From: an uncultured Verrucomicrobiae bacterium
GTDB taxonomy: Bacteria > Verrucomicrobiota > Verrucomicrobiia > Limisphaerales > Palsa-1400
DNA: 64,000 nucleotides
Direction of reading: 5' to 3'
Assembly: GCA_963702845.1 (NCBI GenBank)
Contig: OY969763.1
Coordinates: 390,729-454,728, forward strand
In this document: positions 16,497 to 25,469 of the stretch, piece after piece
How positions within the stretch are numbered: position 1 is the stretch's first letter
Layout of the letters: every line of letters begins with the position of its first letter
Made by a program: the position numbers and the translations under genes
Notes under the pieces: model-generated
Seen by the model: only the letters and a program-made list of their open reading frames with translations
Database searches by the model: none
Told to the model about the DNA's origin: nothing

Positions 16497-18308
16497 ATGA
16501 AAACGAAATCTTTTATCGCCCTGATCATCGCATTACCGCTGGCGTTCACCGCGTGTAATTCGGACTCCTCGAAGGACAAAGCCGCCGCCGTGTCCAGTGC
16601 TGCTGAAAAAGTTTATGTCGCGCCGGGCAAGTTGGATGATTACTACGCGTTCCTGAGCGGCGGCCAAAGCGGCAGCGTGTTCGTCTATGGCATTCCGTCG
16701 TGCCGATTTATTCGCGAGATTCCAATTTTTGAACCGCGCGCCGGGTTAGGTTACGCCAACAATCCTGGCACGGAGTCTTACAAGCGCCTACGTGAATCCG
16801 GCCCAACCTGGGGTGATACACATCATCCGGTGTTGAGCCAGACGGACGGCAAATACGACGGAAAAAATCTGTGGATTAACGACAAGGCCAACGGTCGTGT
16901 TGCCCGCGTCGATTTGCACACGTTCGACGTCGCAAAAATCGAACGCGTGCCGAACATCCAGGGCGCCCACGGCTTGGCGGCGTATTTGCCGTCGTGCAAA
17001 TACGTGTTCGTGAACGGCGAATTGGAACACGATTTTGAGAAAAACAGCAATGACCCGAACAATTATCGCTCGGTCATTGCCTTTTTGGACGGACAAACTT
17101 TGGAAACGAAATTTGAAGTGAGTTTCGTCGGCAATGCGGATATCGCGAGCTCGGGCAAGGACGGCAAATATGTTTTTGTCACGATGTATAATACCGAGAA
17201 TGGCATGACCAGCGAAGGGATGATCGAGCGCGACCGCGATGCTGTCGGCGCGATTGACGTGCCACTGGCGGAGAAGGTCGTTGCCGAAGGTAAAGCGACC
17301 ACAATCAACGGCGTTCCGGTCATCGACAGCACGAAGAATCCCGGCGTGCTCACGCTGATTCCGGTGCCGAAAAATCCGCACGGTTGTAACGTCACGCCCG
17401 ATGGCAAATACGTTTTGGCGAGCGGCAAGTTGTCGCCAACGGTCACAATCATCGACGCGCATACGTTGAAGGTTGTCGCAGAACCGGAAGTCGGTTTGGG
17501 CCCGCTTCACAGCACCTTTGACAATCGCGGCAATGTTTTCACATCGCTGTTTGTCGACTCGCAAATCGTGAAATGGAACCTGGAAAAGGCGATCAAGGGT
17601 GACCCGAGCTACATCGTCGATCGCGTTGATGTACATTACAACGTCGGCCACACCAAAGCGGCGGGCGCGGACACGAGTTTTCCGAGCGGCGATTGGCTAA
17701 TTTCGTTGAACAAACTGAGCAAAGGCATGTTCCTGCCGGTCGGTCCTGCCATGCCTGAATCGCAGGAGTTGGTCGACATCTCTGGCGACAAGATGAAAGT
17801 CGTTGCTGCGTTTCCTTCACCTCCTGAACCGCACGACGCAGTGATGTGCGCGCGCCAGGTGTTGGCAGACAAAGTGGCGCAGACGTATCAACTGCCTGCC
17901 AAAGCGACGAAGCTCGGCGAAGAAAAGGTCGTTCGCAACGGCAATAAACTGGAAGTTTACATGACCTGCATCCGTTCGAAGTTTGTTCCCGAAACATTTG
18001 AGGTTCACGCAGGCGACGAGGTCACAATTCATCTTACGAACGTCGAAACCGTTCGCGATATGACCCACGGTTTGGCGATTGCCGACCACGGCATCAACGT
18101 CGCGTGCGATCCCGGCCAGACGCAGGACGTGATGTTCACAGCCGGCAAGCCGGGCACGTATTGGTATTACTGCACCTGGTTCTGCTCGGCGCTCCATCTG
18201 GAAATGCGCGGACGCATGTTGGTGAAGAACGTAGGCGAACCGGTGAGCGATAATCTCAATCCTGTGGCCGCCCATGGAAATGCTGAACCCAAGGCTTCGT
18301 ATGAATAA
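16497..18308 (+). CDS. nosZ: Nitrous-oxide reductase NosZ, clade II (Sec/lipoprotein-type signal, no twin-arginine motif)
   Basis: MKTKSFIALIIALPLAFTAC lipobox with no RR motif. GDTHHP CuZ-region motif. C-terminal CuA motif YCTWFCSALHLEM. ATG at 16497; the track ORF from 16449 overlaps the previous gene. Confidence 0.92.
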   Translation: MKTKSFIALIIALPLAFTACNSDSSKDKAAAVSSAAEKVYVAPGKLDDYYAFLSGGQSGSVFVYGIPSCRFIREIPIFEPRAGLGYANNPGTESYKRLRESGPTWGDTHHPVLSQTDGKYDGKNLWINDKANGRVARVDLHTFDVAKIERVPNIQGAHGLAAYLPSCKYVFVNGELEHDFEKNSNDPNNYRSVIAFLDGQTLETKFEVSFVGNADIASSGKDGKYVFVTMYNTENGMTSEGMIERDRDAVGAIDVPLAEKVVAEGKATTINGVPVIDSTKNPGVLTLIPVPKNPHGCNVTPDGKYVLASGKLSPTVTIIDAHTLKVVAEPEVGLGPLHSTFDNRGNVFTSLFVDSQIVKWNLEKAIKGDPSYIVDRVDVHYNVGHTKAAGADTSFPSGDWLISLNKLSKGMFLPVGPAMPESQELVDISGDKMKVVAAFPSPPEPHDAVMCARQVLADKVAQTYQLPAKATKLGEEKVVRNGNKLEVYMTCIRSKFVPETFEVHAGDEVTIHLTNVETVRDMTHGLAIADHGINVACDPGQTQDVMFTAGKPGTYWYYCTWFCSALHLEMRGRMLVKNVGEPVSDNLNPVAAHGNAEPKASYE

Positions 18309-19017
18309 CTCGACGCGTAAAGTTCTGACGATCGTATTCGCAAGCGCCGCAAGCGCACTGCTGGTGGGAAGCTTGGCCTTGCCGCTGTGGAAAATGCGCA
18401 TGGACGCGCCACAGTATCAAGGTGATGAAGCGCTGAAAGTCGCCGTATATGCCGGTAAAATGACCGGTGACCTCAATGAAATTCAACACATCCAGCAATA
18501 CGTCGGCATCAAAGTGCCGAGTCATTTACCGCAACTGCAATGGTTGCCGGGCGTGCTGATTGGCGGTGCGGTGGTTAGTTTCATTGCCGCGTTTTTGCCA
18601 ATCGTTGCGCGACGTCGCGCATTGCTCGCGACGGTAGCGGGAGTATGCGTCGCCATTGGAATCGCGGGCGGACAGGCGCAGTACCAGATGTATAAAATCG
18701 GTCACGAGCGAACACGGAGTCCGCTGGCGAGAGTGCAAAGTTTTACCACGCCGCTGCTGGGCGATTTAAAATTTGCCAACTTCCACATCAAATCACGCCT
18801 TGGTTGGGGTTCGTTTTTGATCGGGGGCGCGTTGCTGTTGCAATTGGCCGGTGTGCGTTTGTCTGCGGTCGCACGAAAGGCCAACGAATCACATCGGCCT
18901 GTTGTCATTAACCCAAATCATTCGTTTCAACGAACGATTCCCGCGGATTCTGCGGCTTCCAGCAAAACCAATTCAAAGTTTTCGCCGGACGTTCGATTGA
19001 CCGCTTACGAAATTTAA
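18301..19017 (+). CDS. nosB: NosB-like integral membrane protein (clade II nos cluster accessory protein)
   Basis: About 4 TM helices. Located directly after clade II nosZ, with its start overlapping the nosZ stop (ATGAATAA). The call rests on position and topology only. Confidence 0.55.
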   Translation: MNNSTRKVLTIVFASAASALLVGSLALPLWKMRMDAPQYQGDEALKVAVYAGKMTGDLNEIQHIQQYVGIKVPSHLPQLQWLPGVLIGGAVVSFIAAFLPIVARRRALLATVAGVCVAIGIAGGQAQYQMYKIGHERTRSPLARVQSFTTPLLGDLKFANFHIKSRLGWGSFLIGGALLLQLAGVRLSAVARKANESHRPVVINPNHSFQRTIPADSAASSKTNSKFSPDVRLTAYEI

Positions 19018-19021
19018 CTCC

Positions 19022-20542
19022 ATGAAAGGTTCCAGAATTTTATTCATCTCGGGGGTGTTGCTGTTGTTGGGCGTGTTCATCATCGGCATCTACATCGTGC
19101 CGCGCGGGCAAGCCGGCGGTCCCAAAACCGCGCGGCAAAGCGATGCGGCGCGAGTGCCGATTTCCGACGTGTTCCTCGATGTTACATACGCTACGCCCGA
19201 TTTCATCAAACGCGTGAAGCTGGAGCCGTATCTCGGTTCGCACGAGAAGCGCGCGCAACCTTTTCTCATCGGCGTCAACACCCACGTCGGTTCGATCGAA
19301 GAACTCGATTTACGCGGCAAGGTCCATTTGCAGGACAGTGATGGGAATTTGTACCCTGCAATCGGTGAACCGGTGGTGGTCAGCGAGCATCACAATATGT
19401 ATTTGCTCGCATTCCCGTTGTTTGACCATCACGGCAAACCAATCTTCGCCGCCGACCGCCAGTCGTTTAAGTTAATTGTAAGCGGCGTCGGCAAAGCGCC
19501 GGAACGCATCTTCGAATGGAAACTGCCGGTGGTGGAAGAAACCCCGGCGCGCACGCTCGCCAACGCGTTGATCATGGCGTTGAGCGTGATCGGGGCGTTG
19601 ATGGTGATATTGAGCTCATGCGCGATTGAACTGACCACTTACTACACGGGAATTATTGCCGGCGTCGTCAGCTCTGCGGCCATTGCCGAACGCGGAACGA
19701 AAATGCCGCTCGGTGTTCGCGCGCGAATTATTTGCAATCTCGCTGCGTTTGTTGCTGGATTTACGCTGCTCTACACAATCAGCGGCGCGATGGTCTCGAC
19801 AATGGGCCAGAAGTTGATGGCGATGTCAAAGCCGGTGGCAGAACAAATTTGTGAAGTTCCGACTGGCGTGAATCCGACTGCCACCACTGCAGCGGCGCCG
19901 GTAAAACATCCAGTCGGTCACGCTGCGCATGGATCGATGTTCGGACCTTGGGCGCATTATGCCAGCTGGCTTGGTGCGGGTTTTCTAATTTTCTTCGCAT
20001 TGAAAGCAGTCGGCGTGATTAAGCGCGGCAACGTGTGCCTCGTGTGGATGGCACAATTCGGCCGCAAGATGCGCGCAGGCATCGCGTGGGTGGTGGGGCT
20101 CGTTTCACCCAAACGCGCCGCGGTCATTCGTGCGCCAGGCTTCAGCATGCGCGTCGCGGGAAACATCACACCGGCAAACTCGTTCTGCGCCGGCCTCGGC
20201 CTTTCCGTGAGTTGCCTCACTTGTATGGGCGGAGCGATTTTGTATCCCTTGCTGATCTTTGTTGGCACGTCGACATGGTATTGGGGCGCTCTCATTCTCG
20301 GCACTTACTCGATCGCGCTGGCGGTGCCGATGGCGGCAATCGCTTTAGCCGTCGGCAACTTCGCATGGCAATGGAGCACTAAAGCGTGGGTTACGCGTGG
20401 ACTGCAATATTCCAGCGCCGTGGTGATGATTTTCGTTGCAGTGCTAATCGCCTTCGATCGCACCCGTTTTATTAATAGCGTCGTTTTCACTATGCTGAGC
20501 GCATTGGGCGGAAAACCGGACGCTACTTTTGCTCAACTGTGA
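19022..20542 (+). CDS. Polytopic membrane protein with an about 150 aa N-terminal periplasmic domain; tentative CcdA/DsbD-like thiol or metal transfer protein
   Basis: 506 aa, 1 + about 8 TM helices. Cys-containing helices (LSSCAIELTTYY, LSVSCLTCMGGAILYP) but no canonical PC motifs. Embedded between nosB-like and nosD. Confidence 0.6.
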   Translation: MKGSRILFISGVLLLLGVFIIGIYIVPRGQAGGPKTARQSDAARVPISDVFLDVTYATPDFIKRVKLEPYLGSHEKRAQPFLIGVNTHVGSIEELDLRGKVHLQDSDGNLYPAIGEPVVVSEHHNMYLLAFPLFDHHGKPIFAADRQSFKLIVSGVGKAPERIFEWKLPVVEETPARTLANALIMALSVIGALMVILSSCAIELTTYYTGIIAGVVSSAAIAERGTKMPLGVRARIICNLAAFVAGFTLLYTISGAMVSTMGQKLMAMSKPVAEQICEVPTGVNPTATTAAAPVKHPVGHAAHGSMFGPWAHYASWLGAGFLIFFALKAVGVIKRGNVCLVWMAQFGRKMRAGIAWVVGLVSPKRAAVIRAPGFSMRVAGNITPANSFCAGLGLSVSCLTCMGGAILYPLLIFVGTSTWYWGALILGTYSIALAVPMAAIALAVGNFAWQWSTKAWVTRGLQYSSAVVMIFVAVLIAFDRTRFINSVVFTMLSALGGKPDATFAQL

Positions 20543-21837
20543 AGTTTTGCCCGACCATTTTATGCGCGTTGGCGGTTGCCACCTCCGTGACTGCGGCCAC
20601 GATCCCGGTCGCGAATACTATCCAACGCGCTTACGATTTAGCGAAAGATGGGGATACGCTTCTGGTGAACGGTCCCACGGTGTTCCACGAGCACATCAAA
20701 ATAACGAAGCGCGTTCAACTCATCGGAACGAACAATCCTGTAATTGATGCCGACGCCAGTGGCAGTCCGCTGAGGATCGAAACTGAGGGCGTTCAAGTCC
20801 ATGGAATTACAGTGCGCAACGGCGGCGTCGATCTTGGCGCGCCAGACGCGGGCATTCTCATTCGCGCGTCGAAAACGATTGTCGAGAATGTGCACGTCGA
20901 ATGTGGTGGATTTGGAATTTACCTTCGAGCGAGCGACAATTGCCGCATCGCAAACAACGTCATCGTCGGAAACACGAACGTTGAAAACGCCAAACGTGGT
21001 AACGGCATTCACCTATGGAACTCCAAGAATAATACCATCGCGAACAATTTCGTGACCGGGTCGCGGGACGGAATGTATTTCTCGTATGCCGATCAAAACA
21101 TCATCACGAGCAATCGTGTTGAACATACGCGCTTCGGAATTCACTACATGTATTCGCATCACAATCAACTGCGCTTCAATACGCTCACCGCAAACTCGGT
21201 TGGCGCCGCATTGATGTTCGCGCGCGATTGCGTGGTTGAAGACAACCGGGCGTTTGCCAATAAACGTCACGGAATTTTGCTCAAGCAGGTTGAGTCATCG
21301 CGCTTCATCCACAACGCTGTCTACGGACAGAACCGCGGATTCTTCGTTCAGCAAGCCGCGCTCGATCGCTTTGAAGAAAACCTGATCTGCGAAAACGACA
21401 TCGGCCTGTATCTTAGCAATGGTTCTGAGAAAAATGTGTTTGTCGGCAATGCGTTTGTGCGTAACACCGACCAAATTTGGCAGCCGAGCGACGAAGTCGA
21501 GATGGGCCGGCTCGCATCGAACAATTTCCACGAAGGTTGCCGTGGCAATTTCTGGAGCGATTACACCGGCAGTGACAGCGACGGTAACGGCATCGGCGAC
21601 ACGCCTTATCATGAGACGGATGTTCTCGGTTATATCGTCGATCGTCATCCTGAAGCTCGCGTGTTTGCGTTGAGCCCGGCGGCGTCGTTGTTGCGCAAGA
21701 GCGAGGAAGTTCTGCCGTTGCTGGACGCCCAAGGTGTCACTGACCTATTTCCGCTGATGAATCCCTCTGCCGATTCACAAGCAAGGCTCGCGCTGTTTCA
21801 CCCGGCAAAGCTGTTGGTGAAAGCGACTGACCAATGA
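20539..21837 (+). CDS. nosD: NosD, periplasmic parallel beta-helix protein for CuZ assembly
   Basis: Signal peptide. Repeated beta-helix turns (..N.I.GN, NGIHLW.S..N.I.NN). GTG start overlaps the previous stop. Followed by nosF and nosY. Confidence 0.85.
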   Translation: MKFCPTILCALAVATSVTAATIPVANTIQRAYDLAKDGDTLLVNGPTVFHEHIKITKRVQLIGTNNPVIDADASGSPLRIETEGVQVHGITVRNGGVDLGAPDAGILIRASKTIVENVHVECGGFGIYLRASDNCRIANNVIVGNTNVENAKRGNGIHLWNSKNNTIANNFVTGSRDGMYFSYADQNIITSNRVEHTRFGIHYMYSHHNQLRFNTLTANSVGAALMFARDCVVEDNRAFANKRHGILLKQVESSRFIHNAVYGQNRGFFVQQAALDRFEENLICENDIGLYLSNGSEKNVFVGNAFVRNTDQIWQPSDEVEMGRLASNNFHEGCRGNFWSDYTGSDSDGNGIGDTPYHETDVLGYIVDRHPEARVFALSPAASLLRKSEEVLPLLDAQGVTDLFPLMNPSADSQARLALFHPAKLLVKATDQ

Positions 21838-22574
21838 ATTCAATTCTCCAATTCAAAAATATCGAAAAGCGCTTCGGCCACATTGTTGCGTTGAACAACG
21901 TCACACTCGATGTCGAACAAGGCTGTGTTCTCGCGTTGCTTGGGCCCAATGGCGCCGGCAAAAGTACGTTGTTTGGTTGTTTGCTTGGCCTGATTTTCCC
22001 GACTGGTGGCGAAGTTTTGTTGCGTGAACAAAATGTGCGCGATTGCGACCGGTGCAGTTTTGGTTACGTGCCGGAACGCATCTCGTTGTATCCGCAACGC
22101 ACGGTTTGGGAGAACGGACTGTTTTTCGCAAAGCTGCGTGGCCAAACCGCACACGAACTCGAAACCCAACTCAAACGCGTTGGTCTCTACAATGTGCACG
22201 ATCGCAAAGTGCGCCAGCTTTCCAAAGGTATGTTGCAACGCCTGGGGCTCGCCATTGCCCTCTGCGGGCAGCCGAAGCTCCTCGTGCTGGACGAACCGTT
22301 CAACGGGCTCGATCCCGTGCTGCTCGAGCAATTGCAGAACATCTTGCGCGCTGAAAAAGAACGCGGTGCGACGTTGTTGATTTCTACGCACACGATTTCC
22401 GCTGTTGAAAATCTTGCGACACACGTCGCGATTCTGTTGCAAGGCCAGGTCGCCGCCAGCGGCACTTTGGCTGAGTTGCGTGCGACATATCCGGACCACG
22501 CGTCGCTCGAAAGTATTTATCACACGATCGCGCGTCAAAGCCGCAACGTTGCCCCGGAGGAAATCGCGGTATGA
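21834..22574 (+). CDS. nosF: NosF, ABC transporter ATP-binding protein
   Basis: Walker A GPNGAGKST, signature LSKGMLQRL and Walker B LLVLDEP. ATGA overlap with nosD. Confidence 0.88.
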   Translation: MNSILQFKNIEKRFGHIVALNNVTLDVEQGCVLALLGPNGAGKSTLFGCLLGLIFPTGGEVLLREQNVRDCDRCSFGYVPERISLYPQRTVWENGLFFAKLRGQTAHELETQLKRVGLYNVHDRKVRQLSKGMLQRLGLAIALCGQPKLLVLDEPFNGLDPVLLEQLQNILRAEKERGATLLISTHTISAVENLATHVAILLQGQVAASGTLAELRATYPDHASLESIYHTIARQSRNVAPEEIAV

Positions 22575-23461
22575 ACTCAGCCTTCCAAATCGCTTTCAAA
22601 GAATTCAGTGATCGTTTCCGCAGCGGATGGGTTATCGCCTGCACGGCGGTCTGGCTCGGCGCAATTGCGCTGACGAGCTTGTTTGGCGTCATCCAAATCG
22701 GAAAAATCGGCTGGCAAGGGTATGAGCGCACGGTGGTCAGCTTGCTCAATCTGGTGCAATATCTCGTGCCGCTTCTGGCGTTGCTACTTGGGCACGACCT
22801 GGTAGTTAGCGAACGCGAAGACCGGACGATTGCGCTTTCAATCGCAAGCGGTGTGAGTCGTGCGCAAATGCTCGTTGGCAAATTTCTCGGTGGCTGTCTG
22901 GCGCTCGCGTTCCCGGTCACGCTTGGATTTGTCATCGCTGGCGTGGCGATTGGTTTGGGTGCTGGCCGCAATGGCATCGGTAATTTTGTTGTGCTCGCCG
23001 TCTCCGGTTTGGGGCTTGGCATCATTTTCCTCGCGATTGGTTTGGTGATTTCAATTTTGTGCCGCACGCGCGTGCAATCCTTGGTTATCGCGTTGCTCCT
23101 GTGGTGCGCGGCTGTATTTGTGTTTGATCTCGTGGCGCTCGGCGTCGTCGTTTCGACGCGCACAAACGAAGCTGCTAAACAAATTGAAACCGTCACTGAT
23201 GCCATGCACGTCAACACAGTCGCTGACATGCACCAAACGTTCGAGAGCGGTGTGGACAATGTTCCGAAAGCTAAGTCTGCAACGACGCGGATTCTGTTTT
23301 GGACGTTGCTCGCGAATCCGGTGGATTTGTTCCGCGCCGTTAATCTGCCGGCAACCGCCGAGGCGCAAGTGCCGGTTCCTGTCATCCCGCTGGCGTTTGC
23401 GTGCTGGATTACAGCTGCGCTCGGTGCAGGGTTTTGGCGGTTACGCCGTTTGGATTTATGA
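22571..23461 (+). CDS. nosY: NosY, ABC-2 type permease
   Basis: 296 aa with about 6 TM helices. ATGA overlap with nosF. Assigned by position in the nosDFY module. Confidence 0.8.
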   Translation: MNSAFQIAFKEFSDRFRSGWVIACTAVWLGAIALTSLFGVIQIGKIGWQGYERTVVSLLNLVQYLVPLLALLLGHDLVVSEREDRTIALSIASGVSRAQMLVGKFLGGCLALAFPVTLGFVIAGVAIGLGAGRNGIGNFVVLAVSGLGLGIIFLAIGLVISILCRTRVQSLVIALLLWCAAVFVFDLVALGVVVSTRTNEAAKQIETVTDAMHVNTVADMHQTFESGVDNVPKAKSATTRILFWTLLANPVDLFRAVNLPATAEAQVPVPVIPLAFACWITAALGAGFWRLRRLDL

Positions 23462-24351
23462 AAACACGAACCATCATCATTACGTTTATCGCGCTGACGT
23501 TGGCGGTCGTTGTGTCCGCTGTCGCGATTCATCGACAAATCCCCGCCACCAAACCGACTGCTGAACAAGCTGCCGAACAATCCTTCAACGTCAAAGGTCG
23601 TGTCGTCAGCATCGAGCCCGGAGGCAAGACTGTTCACATCGCGCATGAAGATATCCCCGATTTCATGTCGACCATGACAATGCCGTTCACAATGAAACAT
23701 CCCGAACAGGCCGCGGACCTTGCCCCGGGTGACGCCGTGAAATTTCATCTCGTCGTCACGAAGGATGATTCGTTTGTTTTAGCGATCGACAAAATCGCTG
23801 GAGCAACTCGCCCCATCGCCAAAGCCGCTGGTGAATCACACGCCAACCGCGTTGAAACCGGCGAAACGGTGCCCAATTTTCAATTGGTCGACCAAAATGG
23901 CGCGCCGTTGAAGCTGAGCGATTATCGCGGCTCGGCTGTGCTGGTGACATTCATTTACACGCGCTGTCCGTTGCCGAACTTTTGCCCGTTAATGTCGAGC
24001 CGGTTTTCGGAGTTGCAGGATCGACTGGCGAAGAAACTTCCCGGCAAATTTCACCTGATCAGCATCAGTTTCGATCCGGAATTCGATACCCCTGGCGTGA
24101 TGAAAGAATACGGTAAACGTTTCGGCGCGCGGCAGAAGACGTGGTCGCTCACGACAGGTTCACAAAAACAGGTCGACGACGTCGCTGGGCTGTTCGGATT
24201 GATCAAAGAAAAAGATGCGAATGGCTACACACACGACTTGCGTACGGCGTTGATTTCACCCGAGGGCAAGCTCGTGCATATCTGGCGCAGTAACGTCTGG
24301 ACGACTGAAGAAGTCGAATCCCGCATTTCTGAGGTTCTCGGGAATTCATAA
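23458..24351 (+). CDS. Membrane-anchored copper chaperone fusion: CusF-like Cu(I) domain + SCO1/SenC thioredoxin-fold domain
   Basis: CusF-like VHIAHEDIPDFMSTMTMPF (H...MxM). SCO motif TFIYTRCPLPNFCPLM (CxxxC) plus a downstream His (YTHDL). ATG 23458 overlaps the nosY stop (ATGA). Confidence 0.8.
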   Translation: MKTRTIIITFIALTLAVVVSAVAIHRQIPATKPTAEQAAEQSFNVKGRVVSIEPGGKTVHIAHEDIPDFMSTMTMPFTMKHPEQAADLAPGDAVKFHLVVTKDDSFVLAIDKIAGATRPIAKAAGESHANRVETGETVPNFQLVDQNGAPLKLSDYRGSAVLVTFIYTRCPLPNFCPLMSSRFSELQDRLAKKLPGKFHLISISFDPEFDTPGVMKEYGKRFGARQKTWSLTTGSQKQVDDVAGLFGLIKEKDANGYTHDLRTALISPEGKLVHIWRSNVWTTEEVESRISEVLGNS

Positions 24352-24432
24352 TTCCGCCGCAGTTCACCTTTTGCAGCACGGAGGGCAACTTTTACCTTTT
24401 GCGTCCGGCACTTAGCCTTTAGCCTGCCTAAC

Positions 24433-25408
24433 ATGAGTCATCTGGCACGAGCCAGGAAAGTTTTTGATATCGAGCTCGCAGGCATCAAAGCCGTGCGCGG
24501 GCAACTCGACCGTTCATTCGATGCGGCAGTGGACCTGATCGTCGAGGCCTTGCGGCAACGAAACAAAATCGTTGTCGTTGGCGTCGGCAAATCGGGCAAC
24601 ATCGGCCGCAAAATCGCCGCCACCCTGACCAGCACCGGCTCAACCGCTGTCGAGCTGAACAGCGTCGATGCGCTCCACGGCGACTTCGGTGTCGTGGCTG
24701 ATGGTGATGTGATATTTGCGTTGAGTTATTCCGGTGAATCCGAAGAAATCCTCGCGTTGATGCCGCACCTGAAACGATTCGCGGTTAAAATAATTGTCAT
24801 CACTGGGTCGGCAAAGTCATCGATTGCGCGTTACAGCGACTCCGTCATCAGCGTCAAAATTCCCAAGGAAGCTTGCCCATTCAATCTGGCTCCCACAGCC
24901 AGCACGACCGCGACGTTAGTTGATGGGCGATGCGTTGGCGATGGCGATTCTCCAAGCGCGCGGCTTCAAAGAAAAAGATTTTGCGCGCCATCATCCCAAT
25001 GGCTCGATCGGCCGCACTTTACTGCTAAAGACCAAAGACATCATGCGCACGGCAACATGAATGCGGTTGCCGACAAATCACTGACCATCAAAGAAGCGTT
25101 GATGATCATGATCCGCGCCCAATCCGGCAGCATCAGTGTCGTCAATAAAGCCGGCAAACTTGTTGGCGTTTTCACTGACGGTGACCTGCGCCGCCACATG
25201 GCTAAAGACGATAATGCGCTCCAGAAGCCGATTGGAAAACGTGATGACGCCAAAGCCAATTTGCGTGCGCGACGATGCGCTCGCGGCCGAAGCGCTTGAA
25301 GATTTTCAATGAACGCAAAATTGACGACCTGATTGTCGTCGAACGGAAAATACCGAACCCATCGGCCTGATCGATTCCCAGGATTTGCCAAAATTGAAAT
25401 TGATGTGA
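24433..25408 (+). pseudogene. kpsF: Arabinose-5-phosphate isomerase KpsF/GutQ (SIS + 2x CBS), interrupted by about 5 frameshifts
   Basis: The conserved sequence continues across frames: ...APTASTTATLV | MGDALAMAILQARGFKEKDFARHHPNGSIGRTLLLKTKDIMRT | GNMNAVADKSLTIKEAL...PIGK | VMTPKPICVRDDALAAEALEDF | NERKIDDLIVVE | PIGLIDSQDLPKLKLM*. Total length 976 nt is not a multiple of 3. Confidence 0.75.
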
Positions 25409-25469
25409 GAACGAACCTGATTCAAACTTCTCGCTGCAATCTTGTGCCGTCGGAGCCGTTTGCTTCAAC

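Noticed and set aside
22384-23748. 454-aa ORF on the minus strand across nosF, nosY and the Sco gene.
   Set aside because: It is antisense to three tightly coupled, motif-bearing plus-strand genes. The translation is Ser/Arg/Thr-rich with no domain signatures, so it is a shadow ORF.
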